Source: Eledone cirrhosa (taxonomy: Eukaryota). Taken from it: 64,000 bases of DNA. The translations under genes and the position numbers were made by a program. Below the pieces are notes generated by a model, which saw only the letters and a program-made list of their open reading frames with translations, was not told the DNA's origin and did not search any database. Each line of letters opens with the position of its first letter. The first letter of the stretch is position 1. Of the stretch, positions 50,401 through 64,000 are shown in pieces. The DNA lies in the NCBI GenBank assembly GCA_964016885.1, contig OZ024743.1, positions 219,604,001-219,668,000 of the forward strand, given 5' to 3'.

Positions 50401-53400
50401 ACGCCAGATAGAACGTTGTTAGAACGCCAGATAGAATGTAAGAACGCCAGATAGAATTTTGTATGAACGCCACATAGAATGTTGTTAGAACTCCGGATAG
50501 AATGTTGTTAGAACGCTAGATAGAATGTTGTATGACCGCCAGATAGAATGTTGTGTGAACGCCAGATAGAATGTTGTATGAACGCCAGATAGAATGTCGT
50601 TAGAACGCCACATAGAATGTTGTTAGAACGCCAGAAAAAATGTTGTAGGAACACCAGATAGAATGTTGTCAGAACGCCAGATATAACGTTGTTAGAACGC
50701 CAGATATAATGTTGTATGAACGCCAGATAGAATGTTGTTAGAACGCCAGATAGAATGTTGTATGAACGCCAGATAGAATGTTGTTAGAACGCCAGATAAA
50801 ATGTTGTTAGAACGCCAGATAGAATGTTGTATGGACGCAAGATTGCATCTTGTTAGAACGCCGAATAGAATGTTGTTAACCGCCAGATAGAATGTTGTTA
50901 TAACGCCAGATAGCATGTTGTGTGAACGCCAGATAGAATGTTGTATGAACGCCAGATAGAATGTTGTTAGAACGTCACATAGAATGTTGTTAGAACGCTA
51001 GATAGAATGCTGCATGAACACCAGATAGAATGTTGTATGAACGCCAGATAGAATGTTGTATGAACGCCAGATAGAATGTTGTTAGAACACCAGATAGAAT
51101 ACTGTTAGAACGCCAGATAGAATGTTGTTTGAACGCCAGATAGAATGTTGTTAGAACGGCAGATAGTATGCTGTTAGAACGCCAGATAAAACGTTGTATG
51201 AACGCCAGACAGAATGTTGTATGAACGCCAGATAGAATGTTGTTAGAACGGCAGATAGAATGCTGTTAGAACGCCATATAGAATGTTGTATGAACGCCAG
51301 ATAGAATGTTGTATGAACGCCAGATAAAATGTTGTATGAACGCCAGATAAAATGTTGTATGAACGCCAGATAGAATGTTGTTAGAACGCCACATAGAATG
51401 TTGTTAGTACGCCAGATAGAATGTTGTATGAACACCAGATAGAATGTTGTATGAACGCCAGATAGAATGTTGTATGAACGACAGATAGAAGGTTGTTACA
51501 ACGCCAGATAGAATGTTGTATGAACGCCATATAGAATGTTGTTAGAACGCCAGATAGAATGTCGTAAGAACGCCAGATAGAATGTCGTTAGAATGCCGGA
51601 TAGAAGTTTGTTAGAACGCCAGATAGAATGTTGTTAGAACGCCAGATAGAATGTTGTATGGACGCCAGATTGAATCTTGTTAGAACGCCAGATAGAATGT
51701 TGTTAGAACGCCAGATAGTATGTCGTTAGAATGCCGGATAGAAGTTTGTTAGAACGCCAGATAGAATGTTGTATGGACGCCAGATAAAATGTTGTTAGAA
51801 CTCCGGATAGAGCGTTGTTAGAACGCCAGATAGAATGTTGTATGAACGCCAGATAGAATGTTGTTAAAATGCCAGATAGAATGTTGTTATACCACCAGAT
51901 AGAATGTTGTGATAACGCCAAATAGAATGTTGTATGAACGCCAGATAGAATGTTGTTAGAACGCCAGATAGAATGTTGTATGAACGCTAGATAGAATGTT
52001 GTATGAACGCCAGATAGAATGTTGTATGAACGCCAGATAGAATGTTGTATGAACGCCAGATAGAACGTTGTTAGAACGCCAGATAGAATGTCGTATGAAC
52101 GCTAGATAGAATGTTGTATGAACGCCAGATAGAATGTTGTATGAACGCCAGATAGAATGTTGTTAGAACACCAGATAGAATGTTGTTAGAACGCCAGATA
52201 GAACGTTGTTAGAACGCCAGATAGAATGTTGTAAGAACGCCAGATAGAATTTTGTATGAACGCCACATAGAATGTAGTTAGAACTCCGGATAGAACGTTG
52301 TTAGAATGTCAGATAGAATGTTGTTAGAACGCTAGGTAGAATGTTGTATGAACGCCAGATAGAATGTTGTTAGAACTCAGGATAGAACGTTGTTAGAACG
52401 GCAGATAGAATGTTGTTAGAACGACAGATAGAATGTTGTATGAACGTCATATAGAATGTTGTATGAACGCCAGATAGAATGTTATTAGTACGCCAGATAG
52501 AATGTTGTATGAACGCCAGATAGAATGTTGTTAGAACAGCAGATAGAATGTTGTTAGAACACCGGATAGAATGTTGTTAGAACGCCGAATAGAATGTTGT
52601 TAGAACGACAGATAGAATATTGTATCAACGCCGGATAGAATGTTGTTAGAACGCCGAATAGAATGTTGTTAGAACGCCAGATAGAATACTGTTAGAACGC
52701 CAGATAAAATGTTGTATGAACGCCAGATAAAATGTTGTATGAACGACAGATAGAATGTTGTATGAACGCCAGATAGAATGTTGTTAGAACGCCAGATAGA
52801 ATGTTGTATGAACGCCAGATAGAATGTTGTATGAACGCCAGATAGAATGTTGTATGGACGCCAGATAGAATGTTGTATGAACGCCAGATAGAATGTTGTT
52901 AGAACACCAGAGAGAATGTTGTTAGAACGCCAGATAGAACGTTGTTAGAACACCAGATAGAATGTTGTTAGAACGCCAGATAGAATGTCGTTAGCACGCC
53001 AGATAGAATGTCGTTAGAATGCCGGATAGAAGTTTGTTAGAACTCCAGATAGAATGTTGTATGGACGCCACATAAAATGTTGTTAGAACTCCGGATAGAG
53101 CGTTGTTAGAACGCCAGATAGAATGTTGTTAGAACGCCTGATAGAATGTTGTATGAACGCCAGATAGAATGTTGTTAGAACGCCACATAAAATGTTGTTA
53201 GAACGCCAGATAGAATGTTGTATGGACGCCAGATTGAATCTTGTATGAACGCCAGATAGAATGTTGTTAAAACGCCAGCTAGAATGTTGTTATAACGCCA
53301 GATAGAATGTTGTTAGAACACCAGAGAGAATGTTGTCAGAACGCCAGATAGAATGTTGTTAGAACGCCTGATAGAATGTTGTATGAACGCCAGATAGAAT

Positions 53401-56400
53401 GTTGTTAGAACGCCACATAGAATGTTGTTAGAACGCCAGTTAGAATGTTGTATGAACACCAGATTGAATCTTGTATGAACGCCAGATAGAATGTTGTTAA
53501 AACGCCAGCTAGAATGTTGTTATAACGCCAGATAGAATGTTGTGTGAACGCCAGATAGAATGTTGTGTGAACGCCAGATAGAATGTTGTATGAACGCCAG
53601 ATAGAATGTCGTTAGAACGCCACATAGAATGTTGTTAGAACGCCAGATAGAATGTTGTATGAACGCCAGATAGAATTTCGTTAGAACGCCACATAGAATG
53701 TTGTTAGAACGCCAGATAGAATGTTGTATGAACACCAGATAGAATGTTGTATGAACGCCAGATATAATTTCGTTAGAACGCCACATAGAATGTAGATAGA
53801 ACGCCAGATAGAATGTTGTATGAACGCCAGAGAGAATGTTGTTAGAAAGCCGGATAGAATGTTGTTAGAAAGCCGGATAGAATGTTGTATGAACGCCAGA
53901 TAGAATACTGTTAGAACGCCAGATAGAATGTTATTAGAACGCAAGATAGAATGTTGTTAGAACGCCAGATAGAATGTTGTATGGACGCCAGATAGAATGT
54001 TGTTAGAACGGCAGATAGAATGCTGTCAGAACGCCAGATAGAATGTTGTACTAACGCCAGATAGAATGTTGTATGAACGCCATATAGAATGTTGTATGAA
54101 CGCCATATAGAATGTTGTATGAACGCCAGATAGAATGTTGTTAGAACACCAGATAGAATGTTATTAGAACGCCAGATAGAATGTTGTTAGAACACCAGAT
54201 AGAATGTTATTAGAACGCCAGATAGAATGTTGTTAGAACGCTAGATAGAATGTTGTATGAACGCCAGATAGAATGTTGTTAGAACTCAGGATAGAACGTT
54301 GTTAGAACGGCAGATAGAATGTTGTTAGAACGACAGATAGAATGTTGTGTGAACGCCGGATAGAATGTTATTAGAACGCCGAATAGAATGTTGTATGGAC
54401 GTCATATAGAAAGTTGTATGAACGCCAGATAGAATGTTGTTAGAACGCCAGATAGAAAGTTGTATGAACGCCAGATAGAATGTTGTATGAACGCCAGATA
54501 GAATGTTGTTAGAACGCCAGATAGAATGTTGTATGGACGCCAGATAGAATGTTGTTAGAACGCCAGATAGAATGTTGTATGAACGCCATATAGAATGTTG
54601 TATGAACGCCAGATAGAATGTTGTATGAACGCCAGATAGAATGTTGTTAGAACACCAGATAGAATGTTGTATCTACGCCGGATAGAATGTTGTTAGAACG
54701 CCAGATAGAATGTTGGTAGAACGCCAGATAGAATGTTGTATGAACGCCAGATAGAATGTTGTTAGAACGCCAGATAGAATGTTGGTAGAACGCCAGATAG
54801 AATGTTGTATGAACGCCAGATAGAAGGTTGTTAGAACGCCACATAGAATGTTGTTAGTACGCCAGATAGAATGTTGTATGAACGCCAGATAGAATGTTGT
54901 ATGAACGCCAGATAGAATGTTGTATGAACGCCAGATAGAATGTTGTATGAACGCCAGATATAATGTTGTTAGAACACCAGATAGAATGTTGTTAGAACAT
55001 CAGATAGAACGTTGTTAGAACACCAGATAGAATGTTGTTATAACGCCAGATAGAATGTTGTGATAACGCCAAATAGAATGTTGTATGAACGCCAAAGAGA
55101 ATGTTGTTAGAACGCCAGATAGAATGTTGCTAGAACGCTAGATAGAATGTTGTATGAACGCCTGATAGAATGTTGTATGAACGCCAGATAGAATGTTGTA
55201 TGAACGCCAGATAGAATGTAGTTAGAACGCCAGATAGAATGTTGTATGAACGCCAGATAGAATGTTGTTAGAACGCCAGATAGAATTTTGTTAGAACACC
55301 AGATAGAATGTTATTAGAACGCCAGATAGAACGTTGATAGAACGCCAGATAGAATGTTGCTAGAACGCTAGATAGAATGTAGTATGAACGCCTGATAGAA
55401 TGTTGTATGAACGCCAGATAGAATGTTGTTAGAAGTCCGGATAGAACGTTGTTAGAACGCCAGATAGAATGTTGTATGAACGCCAGATAGAATGTTGTTA
55501 GAACGCCAGATAAAATGTTGTTAGAACGCCAGATAGAATGTTGTATGGACGCCAGATTGAATCTTGTTAGAACGCCGAATAGAATGTTGTTAAACGCCAG
55601 ATAGAATGTTGTTATAACGCCAGATAGAATGTTGTTAGAACGTCACATAGAATGTTGTTAGAACGCTAGATAGAATGTTGCATGAACACCAGATAGAATG
55701 TTGTATGAACGCCAGATAGAATGTTGTATGAACGCCAGATAGAATGTTGTTAGAACACCAGATAGAATGTTGTTAAAACGCTAGATAGAATGTTGCTAGA
55801 ACGCCAGATAGAATGTTGTACGAACGCCAGATAGAATGTTGTTAGAACGCCAGATAGAATGTTGTTAGAACGCCAGATAGAATGTTGTTAGAACGCTAGA
55901 TAGAATGTTGCTAGAACGCCAGATAGAATGTTGCTAGAACGCCAGATAGAATGTTGTATGAACGCCAGATAGAATGTTGTTAGAAAGCCGGATAGAATGC
56001 TGTTAGAAAGCCGGATAGAATGTTGTATGAACGCCAGATAGAATACTGTTAGAACGCCAGATAGAATGTTGTTAGAACGCCAGATAGAATGTTGTTAGAA
56101 CGCCAGATAGAATGTTGTATGGACGCCAGATTGAATCTTGTTAGAACGCCGAATAGAATGTTGTTAGAACGCCAGATAGAATGGTGTATGAACGCCAGAT
56201 AGAATGTTGTTAGAACGGCAGATAGAATGTTGTTAGAACGCTAGATAGAATGTTGCATGAACACCAGATAGAATGTTGTATGAACGCCAGATAGAATGTT
56301 GTATGAACGCCAGATAGAATGTTGTTAGAACACCAGATAGAATGTTGTTAAAACGCTAGATAGAATGTTGCTAGAACGCCAGATAGAATGTTGTACGAAC

Positions 56401-59400
56401 GCCAGATAGAATGTTGTTAGAACGCCAGATAGAATGTTGTTAGAACGCCAGATAGAATGTTGTTAGAACGCTAGATAGAATGTTGCTAGAACGCCAGATA
56501 GAATGTTGCTAGAACGCCAGATAGAATGTTGTATGAACGCCAGATAGAATGTTGTTAGAAAGCCGGATAGAATGCTGTTAGAAAGCCGGATAGAATGTTG
56601 TATGAACGCCAGATAGAATACTGTTAGAACGCCAGATAGAATGTTGTTAGAACGCCAGATAGAATGTTGTTAGAACGCCAGATAGAATGTTGTATGGACG
56701 CCAGATTGAATCTTGTTAGAACGCCGAATAGAATGTTGTTAGAACGCCAGATAGAATGGTGTATGAACGCCAGATAGAATGTTGTTAGAACGGCAGATAG
56801 AATGCTGTTAGAACGCCAGATAGAATGTTGTTAGAACGCCAGATAGAATGTTGTATGAACGCCAGATAGAATGTTGTTAGAACGCCAGATAAAATGTTGT
56901 ATGAACGCCAGATAAAATGTTGTATAAACGCCAGATAGAATGTGGTTAGAACGCCACATAGAATGTTGTTAGAACGCCAGATAAAATGTTGTATGAACGC
57001 CAGATAGAATGTTGTATGAACGCAAGATAGAATGTTGTTAGAACGCCACATAGAATGTTGTTAGTACGCCAGATAGAATGTTGTATAAACGCCAGATAGA
57101 ATGTTGTTTGAACGCCACATAGAATGTTGTTAGTACGCCAGATAGAATGTTGTATGAACCCCAGTTAGAATGTTGTATGAACGCCAGATAGAATGTTGTA
57201 TGAACGCCAGATAGAATTTTGTTACAACGCCAGATAGAATGTTGTATGAACGCCATATAGAATGTTGTTAGAACGCCAGATAGAATGTCGTTAGAACGCC
57301 AGATATAATGTCGTTAGAACGTCAGATAAAATGTTGTATGGACGCCAGATTGAATCTTGTTAGAACGCCAGATAGAATGGTGTTAGAACACCAGATAGAA
57401 CGTTGTTAGAACGCCAGATAGAATGTTGTTAGAACGCCAGATAGAATGACGTTAGCACGCCAGATAGAATGTCGTTAGAATGCCGGATAGACGTTTGTTA
57501 GAACGCCAGATAGAATGTTGTATGGACGCCAGATAAAATGTTGTTAGAACTCCGGATAGAGCGTTGTTAGAACGCCAGATAGAATGTTGTATGAACGCCA
57601 GATAGAATGTTGTTAAAATGCCAGATAGAATATTGTTATAACGCCAGATAGAATGTTGTGATAACGCCAAATAGAATGTTGTATGAACGCCATATAGAAT
57701 GTAGTTAGAACGCCAGACAGAATGTTGTATGAACGCTAGATAGAATGTTGTATGAACGCCAGATAGAATGTTGTATGAACGCCAGATAGAATGTTGTTAG
57801 AATACCAGATAGAATGTTGTTAGAACGCCAGATAGAACGTTGTTAGAACGCCAGATAGAATGTAAGAACGCCAGATAGAATTTTGTATGAACGCCACATA
57901 GAATGTTGTTAGAACTCCGGATAGAATGTTGTTAGAACGCTAGATAGAATGTTGTATGACCGCCAGATAGAATGTTGTGTGAACGCCAGATAGAATGTTG
58001 TATGAACGCCAGATAGAATGTCGTTAGAACGCCACATAGAATGTTGTTAGAACGCCAGAAAAAATGTTGTAGGAACACCAGATAGAATGTTGTCAGAACG
58101 CCAGATATAACGTTGTTAGAACGCCAGATATAATGTTGTATGAACGCCAGATAGAATGTTGTTAGAACGCCAGATAGAATGTTGTATGAACGCCAGATAG
58201 AATGTTGTTAGAACGCCAGATAAAATGTTGTTAGAACGCCAGATAGAATGTTGTATGGACGCAAGATTGCATCTTGTTAGAACGCCGAATAGAATGTTGT
58301 TAACCGCCAGATAGAATGTTGTTATAACGCCAGATAGCATGTTGTGTGAACGCCAGATAGAATGTTGTATGAACGCCAGATAGAATGTTGTTAGAACGTC
58401 ACATAGAATGTTGTTAGAACGCTAGATAGAATGCTGCATGAACACCAGATAGAATGTTGTATGAACGCCAGATAGAATGTTGTATGAACGCCAGATAGAA
58501 TGTTGTTAGAACACCAGATAGAATACTGTTAGAACGCCAGATAGAATGTTGTTTGAACGCCAGATAGAATGTTGTTAGAACGGCAGATAGTATGCTGTTA
58601 GAACGCCAGATAAAACGTTGTATGAACGCCAGACAGAATGTTGTATGAACGCCAGATAGAATGTTGTTAGAACGGCAGATAGAATGCTGTTAGAACGCCA
58701 TATAGAATGTTGTATGAACGCCAGATAGAATGTTGTATGAACGCCAGATAGAATGTTGTTAGAACACCAGATAGAATGTTGTATCTACGCCGGATAGAAT
58801 GTTGTTAGAACGCCGAATAGAATGTTGTTAGAACGCCAGATAGAATACTGTTAGAACGCCAGATAAAATGTTGTATGAACGCCAGATAAAATGTTGTATG
58901 AACGCCAGATAGAATGTTGTTAGAACGCCACATAGAATGTTGTTAGTACGCCAGATAGAATGTTGTATGAACACCAGATAGAATGTTGTATGAACGCCAG
59001 ATAGAATGTTGTATGAACGACAGATAGAAGGTTGTTACAACGCCAGATAGAATGTTGTATGAACGCCATATAGAATGTTGTTAGAACGCCAGATAGAATG
59101 TCGTAAGAACGCCAGATAGAATGTCGTTAGAATGCCGGATAGAAGTTTGTTAGAACGCCAGATAGAATGCTGTTAGAACGCCAGATAGAATGTTGTATGG
59201 ACGCCAGATTGAATCTTGTTAGAACGCCAGATAGAATGTTGTTAGAACGCCAGATAGTATGTCGTTAGAATGCCGGATAGAAGTTTGTTAGAACGCCAGA
59301 TAGAATGTTGTATGGACGCCAGATAAAATGTTGTTAGAACTCCGGATAGAGCGTTGTTAGAACGCCAGATAGAATGTTGTATGAACGCCAGATAGAATGT

Positions 59401-62400
59401 TGTTAAAATGCCAGATAGAATGTTGTTATACCACCAGATAGAATGTTGTGATAACGCCAAATAGAATGTTGTATGAACGCCAGATAGAATGTTGTTAGAA
59501 CGCTAGATAGAATGTTGTATGAACGCCAGATAGAATGTTGTATGAACGCCAGATAGAATGTTGTATGAACGCCAGATAGAATGTTGTATGAACGCCAGAT
59601 AGAACGTTGTTAGAACGCCAGATAGAATGTCGTATGAACGCTAGATAGAATGTTGTATGAACGCCAGATAGAATGTTGTATGAACGCCAGATAGAATGTT
59701 GTTAGAACACCAGATAGAATGTTGTTAGAACGCCAGATAGAACGTTGTTAGAACGCCAGATAGAATGTTGTAAGAACGCCAGATAGAATTTTGTATGAAC
59801 GCCACATAGAATGTTGTTAGAACTCCGGATAGAACGTTGTTAGAATGTCAGATAGAATGTTGTTAGAACGCTAGGTAGAATGTTGTATGAACGCCAGATA
59901 GAATGTTGTTAGAACTCAGGATAGAACGTTGTTAGAACGGCAGATAGAATGTTGTTAGAACGACAGATAGAATGTTGTATAAACGTCATATAGAATGTTG
60001 TATGAACGCCAGATAGAATGTTATTAGTACGCCAGATAGAATGTTGTATGAACGCCAGATAGAATGTTGTTAGAACAGCAGATAGAATGTTGTTAGAACA
60101 CCGGATAGAATGTTGTTAGAACGCCGAATAGAATGTTGTTAGAACGACAGGTAGAATATTGTATCAACGCCGGATAGAATGTTGTTAGAACGCCGAATAG
60201 AATGTTGTTAGAACGCCAGATAGAATACTGTTAGAACGCCAGATAAAATGTTGTATGAACGCCAGATAAAATGTTGTATGAACGACAGATAGAATGTTGT
60301 ATGAACGCCAGATAGAATGTTGTTAGAACGCCAGATAGAATGTTGTATGAACGCCAGATAGAATGTTGTATGAACGCCAGATATAATGTTGTTACAACGC
60401 CAGATAGAATGTTGTATGAACGCCAGATAGAATGTTGTTAGAACACCAGAGAGAATGTTGTTAGAACGCCAGATAGAACGTTGTTAGAACACCAGATAGA
60501 ATGTTGTTAGAACGCCAGATAGAATGTCGTTAGCACGCCAGATAGAATGTCGTTAGAATGCCGGATAGAAGTTTGTTAGAACTCCAGATAGAATGTTGTA
60601 TGGACGCCACATAAAATGTTGTTAGAACTCCGGATAGAGCGTTGTTAGAACGCCAGATAGAATGTTGTTAGAACGCCTGATAGAATGTTGTATGAACGCC
60701 AGATAGAATGTTGTTAGAACGCCACATAAAATGTTGTTAGAACGCCAGATAGAATGTTGTATGGACGCCAGATTGAATCTTGTATGAACGCCAGATAGAA
60801 TGTTGTTAAAACGCCAGCTAGAATGTTGTTATAACGCCAGATAGAATGTTGTTAGAACACCAGAGAGAATGTTGTCAGAACGCCAGATAGAATGTTGTTA
60901 GAACGCCTGATAGAATGTTGTATGAACGCCAGATAGAATGTTGTTAGAACGCCACATAGAATGTTGTTAGAACGCCAGTTAGAATGTTGTATGAACACCA
61001 GATTGAATCTTGTATGAACGCCAGATAGAATGTTGTTAAAACGCCAGCTAGAATGTTGTTATAACGCCAGATAGAATGTTGTGTGAACGCCAGATAGAAT
61101 GTTGTGTGAACGCCAGATAGAATGTTGTATGAACGCCAGATAGAATGTCGTTAGAACGCCACATAGAATGTTGTTAGAACGCCAGATAGAATGTTGTATG
61201 AACGCCAGATAGAATTTCGTTAGAACGCCACATAGAATGTTGTTAGAACGCCAGATAGAATGTTGTATGAACACCAGATAGAATGTTGTATGAACGCCAG
61301 ATATAATTTCGTTAGAACGCCACTTAGAATGTAGATAGAACGCCAGATAGAATGTTGTATGAACGCCAGAGAGAATGTTGTTAGAAAGCCGGATAGAATG
61401 TTGTTAGAAAGCCGGATAGAATGTTGTATGAACGCCAGATAGAATACTGTTAGAACGCCAGATAGAATGTTGTTAGAACGCAAGATAGAATGTTGTTAGA
61501 ACGCCAGATAGAATGTTGTATGGACGCCAGATAGAATGTTGTTAGAACGGCAGATAGAATGCTGTCAGAACGCCAGATAGAATGTTGTACTAACGCCAGA
61601 TAGAATGTTGTATGAACGCCATATAGAATGTTGTATGAACGCCATATAGAATGTTGTATGAACGACAGATAGAATGTTGTTAGAACACCAGATAGAATGT
61701 TATTAGAACGCCAGATAGAATGTTGTTAGAACACCAGATAGAATGTTATTAGAACGCCAGATAGAATGTTGTTAGAACGCTAGATAGAATGTTGTATGAA
61801 CGCCAGATAGAATGTTGTTAGAACTCAGGATAGAACGTTGTTAGAACGGCAGATAGAATGTTGTTAGAACGACAGATAGAATGTTGTGTGAACGCCGGAT
61901 AGAATGTTATTAGAACGCCGAATAGAATGTTGTATGGACGTCATATAGAAAGTTGTATGAACGCCAGATAGAATGTTGTTAGAACGCCAGATAGAATGTT
62001 GTATGAACGCCAGATAGAATGTTGTATGAACGCCAGATAGAATGTTGTTAGAACGCCAGATAGAATGTTGTATGGACGCCAGATAGAATGTTGTTAGAAC
62101 GCCAGATAGAATGTTGTATGAACGCCATATAAAATGTTGTATGAACGCCAGATAGAATGTTGTATGAACGCCAGATAGAATGTTGTTAGAACACCAGCTA
62201 GAATGTTGTATCTACGCCGGATAGAATGTTGTTAGAACGCCAGATAGAATGTTGGTAGAACGCCAGATAGAATGTTGTATGAACGCCAGATAGAATGTTG
62301 TTAGAACGCCAGATAGAATGTTGGTAGAACGCCAGATAGAATGTTGTATGAACGCCAGATAGAAGGTTGTTAGAACGCCACATAGAATGTTGTTAGTACG

Positions 62401-64000
62401 CCAGATAGAATGTTGTATGAACGCCAGATAGAATGTTGTATGAACGCCAGATAGAATGTTGTATGAACGCCAGATAGAATGTTGTATGAACGCCAGATAT
62501 AATGTTGTTAGAACACCAGATAGAATGTTGTTAGAACATCAGATTGAACGTTGTTAGAACACCAGAGAGAATGTTGTCAGAACGACAGATAGAATGTTGT
62601 TAGAACATCAGATAGAACGTTGTTAGAACACCAGATAGAATGTTGTTATAACGCCAGATAGAATGTTGTGATAACGCCAAATAGAATGTTGTATGAACGC
62701 CAAAGAGAATGTTGTTAGAACGCCAGATAGAATGTTGCTAGAACGCTAGATAGAATGTTGTATGAACGCCTGATAGAATGTTGTATGAACGCCAGATAGA
62801 ATGTTGTATGAACGCCAGATAGAATGTAGTTAGAACGCCAGATAGAATGTTGTATGAACGCCAGATAGAATGTTGTTAGAACGCCAGATAGAATTTTGTT
62901 AGAACACCAGATAGAATGTTATTAGAACGCCAGATAGAACGTTGATAGAACGCCAGATAGAATGTTGCTAGAACGCTAGATAGAATGTAGTATGAACGCC
63001 TGATAGAATGTTGTATGAACGCCAGATAGAATGTTGTATGAACGCTAGATAGAATGTTGTATGAACGCCAGATAGAATGTTGTATGAACGCCATGTAGAA
63101 TGTTGTATGAACGCCAGATATAATGTTGTTAGAACGCCAGATAGAACGTTGTTAGAACGCCAGATAGAATGTTGTATGAACGCTAGATGGAATGTTGTTA
63201 GAACACCAGATAGAATTTTGTATGAACGCCAGATAGAATGATGCTAGAACTCAGGATAGAACGTTGTTAGAACGGCAGATAGAATGTTGATAGAACGCCA
63301 GATAGAATGTTGTATGAACGCCAGATATAATGTTGTTAGAACGCCAGATATAATGTTGTTAAAATGCCAGATAGAATATTGTTATAACGCCAGATAGAAT
63401 GTTGTGATAACGCCAAATAGAATGTTGTATGAACGCCAGATAGAATGTTGTTAGAACGCCAGACAGAATGTTGTATGAACGCTAGATAGAATGTTGTATG
63501 AACGCCAGATAGAATGTTGTATGAACGCCAGATAGAATGTTGTTAGAACACCAGATAGAATGTTGTTAGAACGCCAGATAGAACGTTGTTAGAACGCCAG
63601 ATAGAATGTAAGAACGCCAGATAGAATTTTGTATGAACGCCACATAGAATGTTGTTAGAACTCCGGATAGAATGTTGTTAGAACGCTAGATAGAATGTTG
63701 TATGACCGCCAGATAGAATGTTGTGTGAACGCCAGATAGAATGTTGTATGAACGCCAGATAGAATGTCGTTAGAACGCCACATAGAATGTTGTTAGAACG
63801 CCAGAAAAAATGTTGTAGGAACACCAGATAGAATGTTGTCAGAACGCCAGATATAACGTTGTTAGAACGCCAGATAGAATGTTGTATGAACGCCAGATAG
63901 AATGTTGTTAGAACGCCAGATAGAATGTTGTATGAACGCCAGATAGAATGTTGTTAGAACGCCAGATAAAATGTTGTTAGAACGCCAGATAGAATGTTGT
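44416..64000. repeat. 23-bp satellite (GAACGCCAGATAGAATGTTGT[TA/AT])n, about 850 units, running off the window end
   Basis: Uninterrupted 23-bp period; two dominant variants; rare variants recur at offsets of 7424 and 7539 bp. Confidence 0.99.

Noticed and set aside
44350-63094. Many short minus-strand ORFs (LAFIQHSIWRSNNILSGV...)
   Set aside because: Translation artefact of three 23-bp units (69 bp = 23 aa); frames end wherever the TTA variant puts TAA in frame.
44416-64000. CRISPR array
   Set aside because: Units are directly adjacent with no unique spacers, no cas genes are present, and the context is eukaryotic.

Overview
Repeat-saturated eukaryotic DNA. The SINE families and the extreme density of (TA)n/(TACA)n/(CA)n suggest a coleoid cephalopod such as Octopus (inference). 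No intact host gene is recognisable, and nearly all ORF-track entries are microsatellite artefacts. Bases 1-44.4 kb are a mosaic of microsatellites, tRNA-derived SINEs, MITEs, Helitron pieces and decayed retrotransposons: a Penelope-like element (RT + GIY-YIG) with 393-bp inverted ends, two R4/Dong-like RLE elements in (TACA)n, and CRE-like and L1/Tx1-like tails. Bases 44.4-64 kb are one 23-bp satellite array with about 7.4-7.5-kb higher-order duplications. The strongest signal missing from the ORF track is a dense set of hammerhead-ribozyme (HHR) motifs from at least six unrelated short repeat families. These include two tandem units (465 and 523 bp) with one HHR per unit (retrozyme/pseudo-LTR-like), a U3-A8 covariant core, and several palindromic insertions folded back at or beside HHR stem II. 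All structures were assigned by eye and need computational and experimental confirmation.
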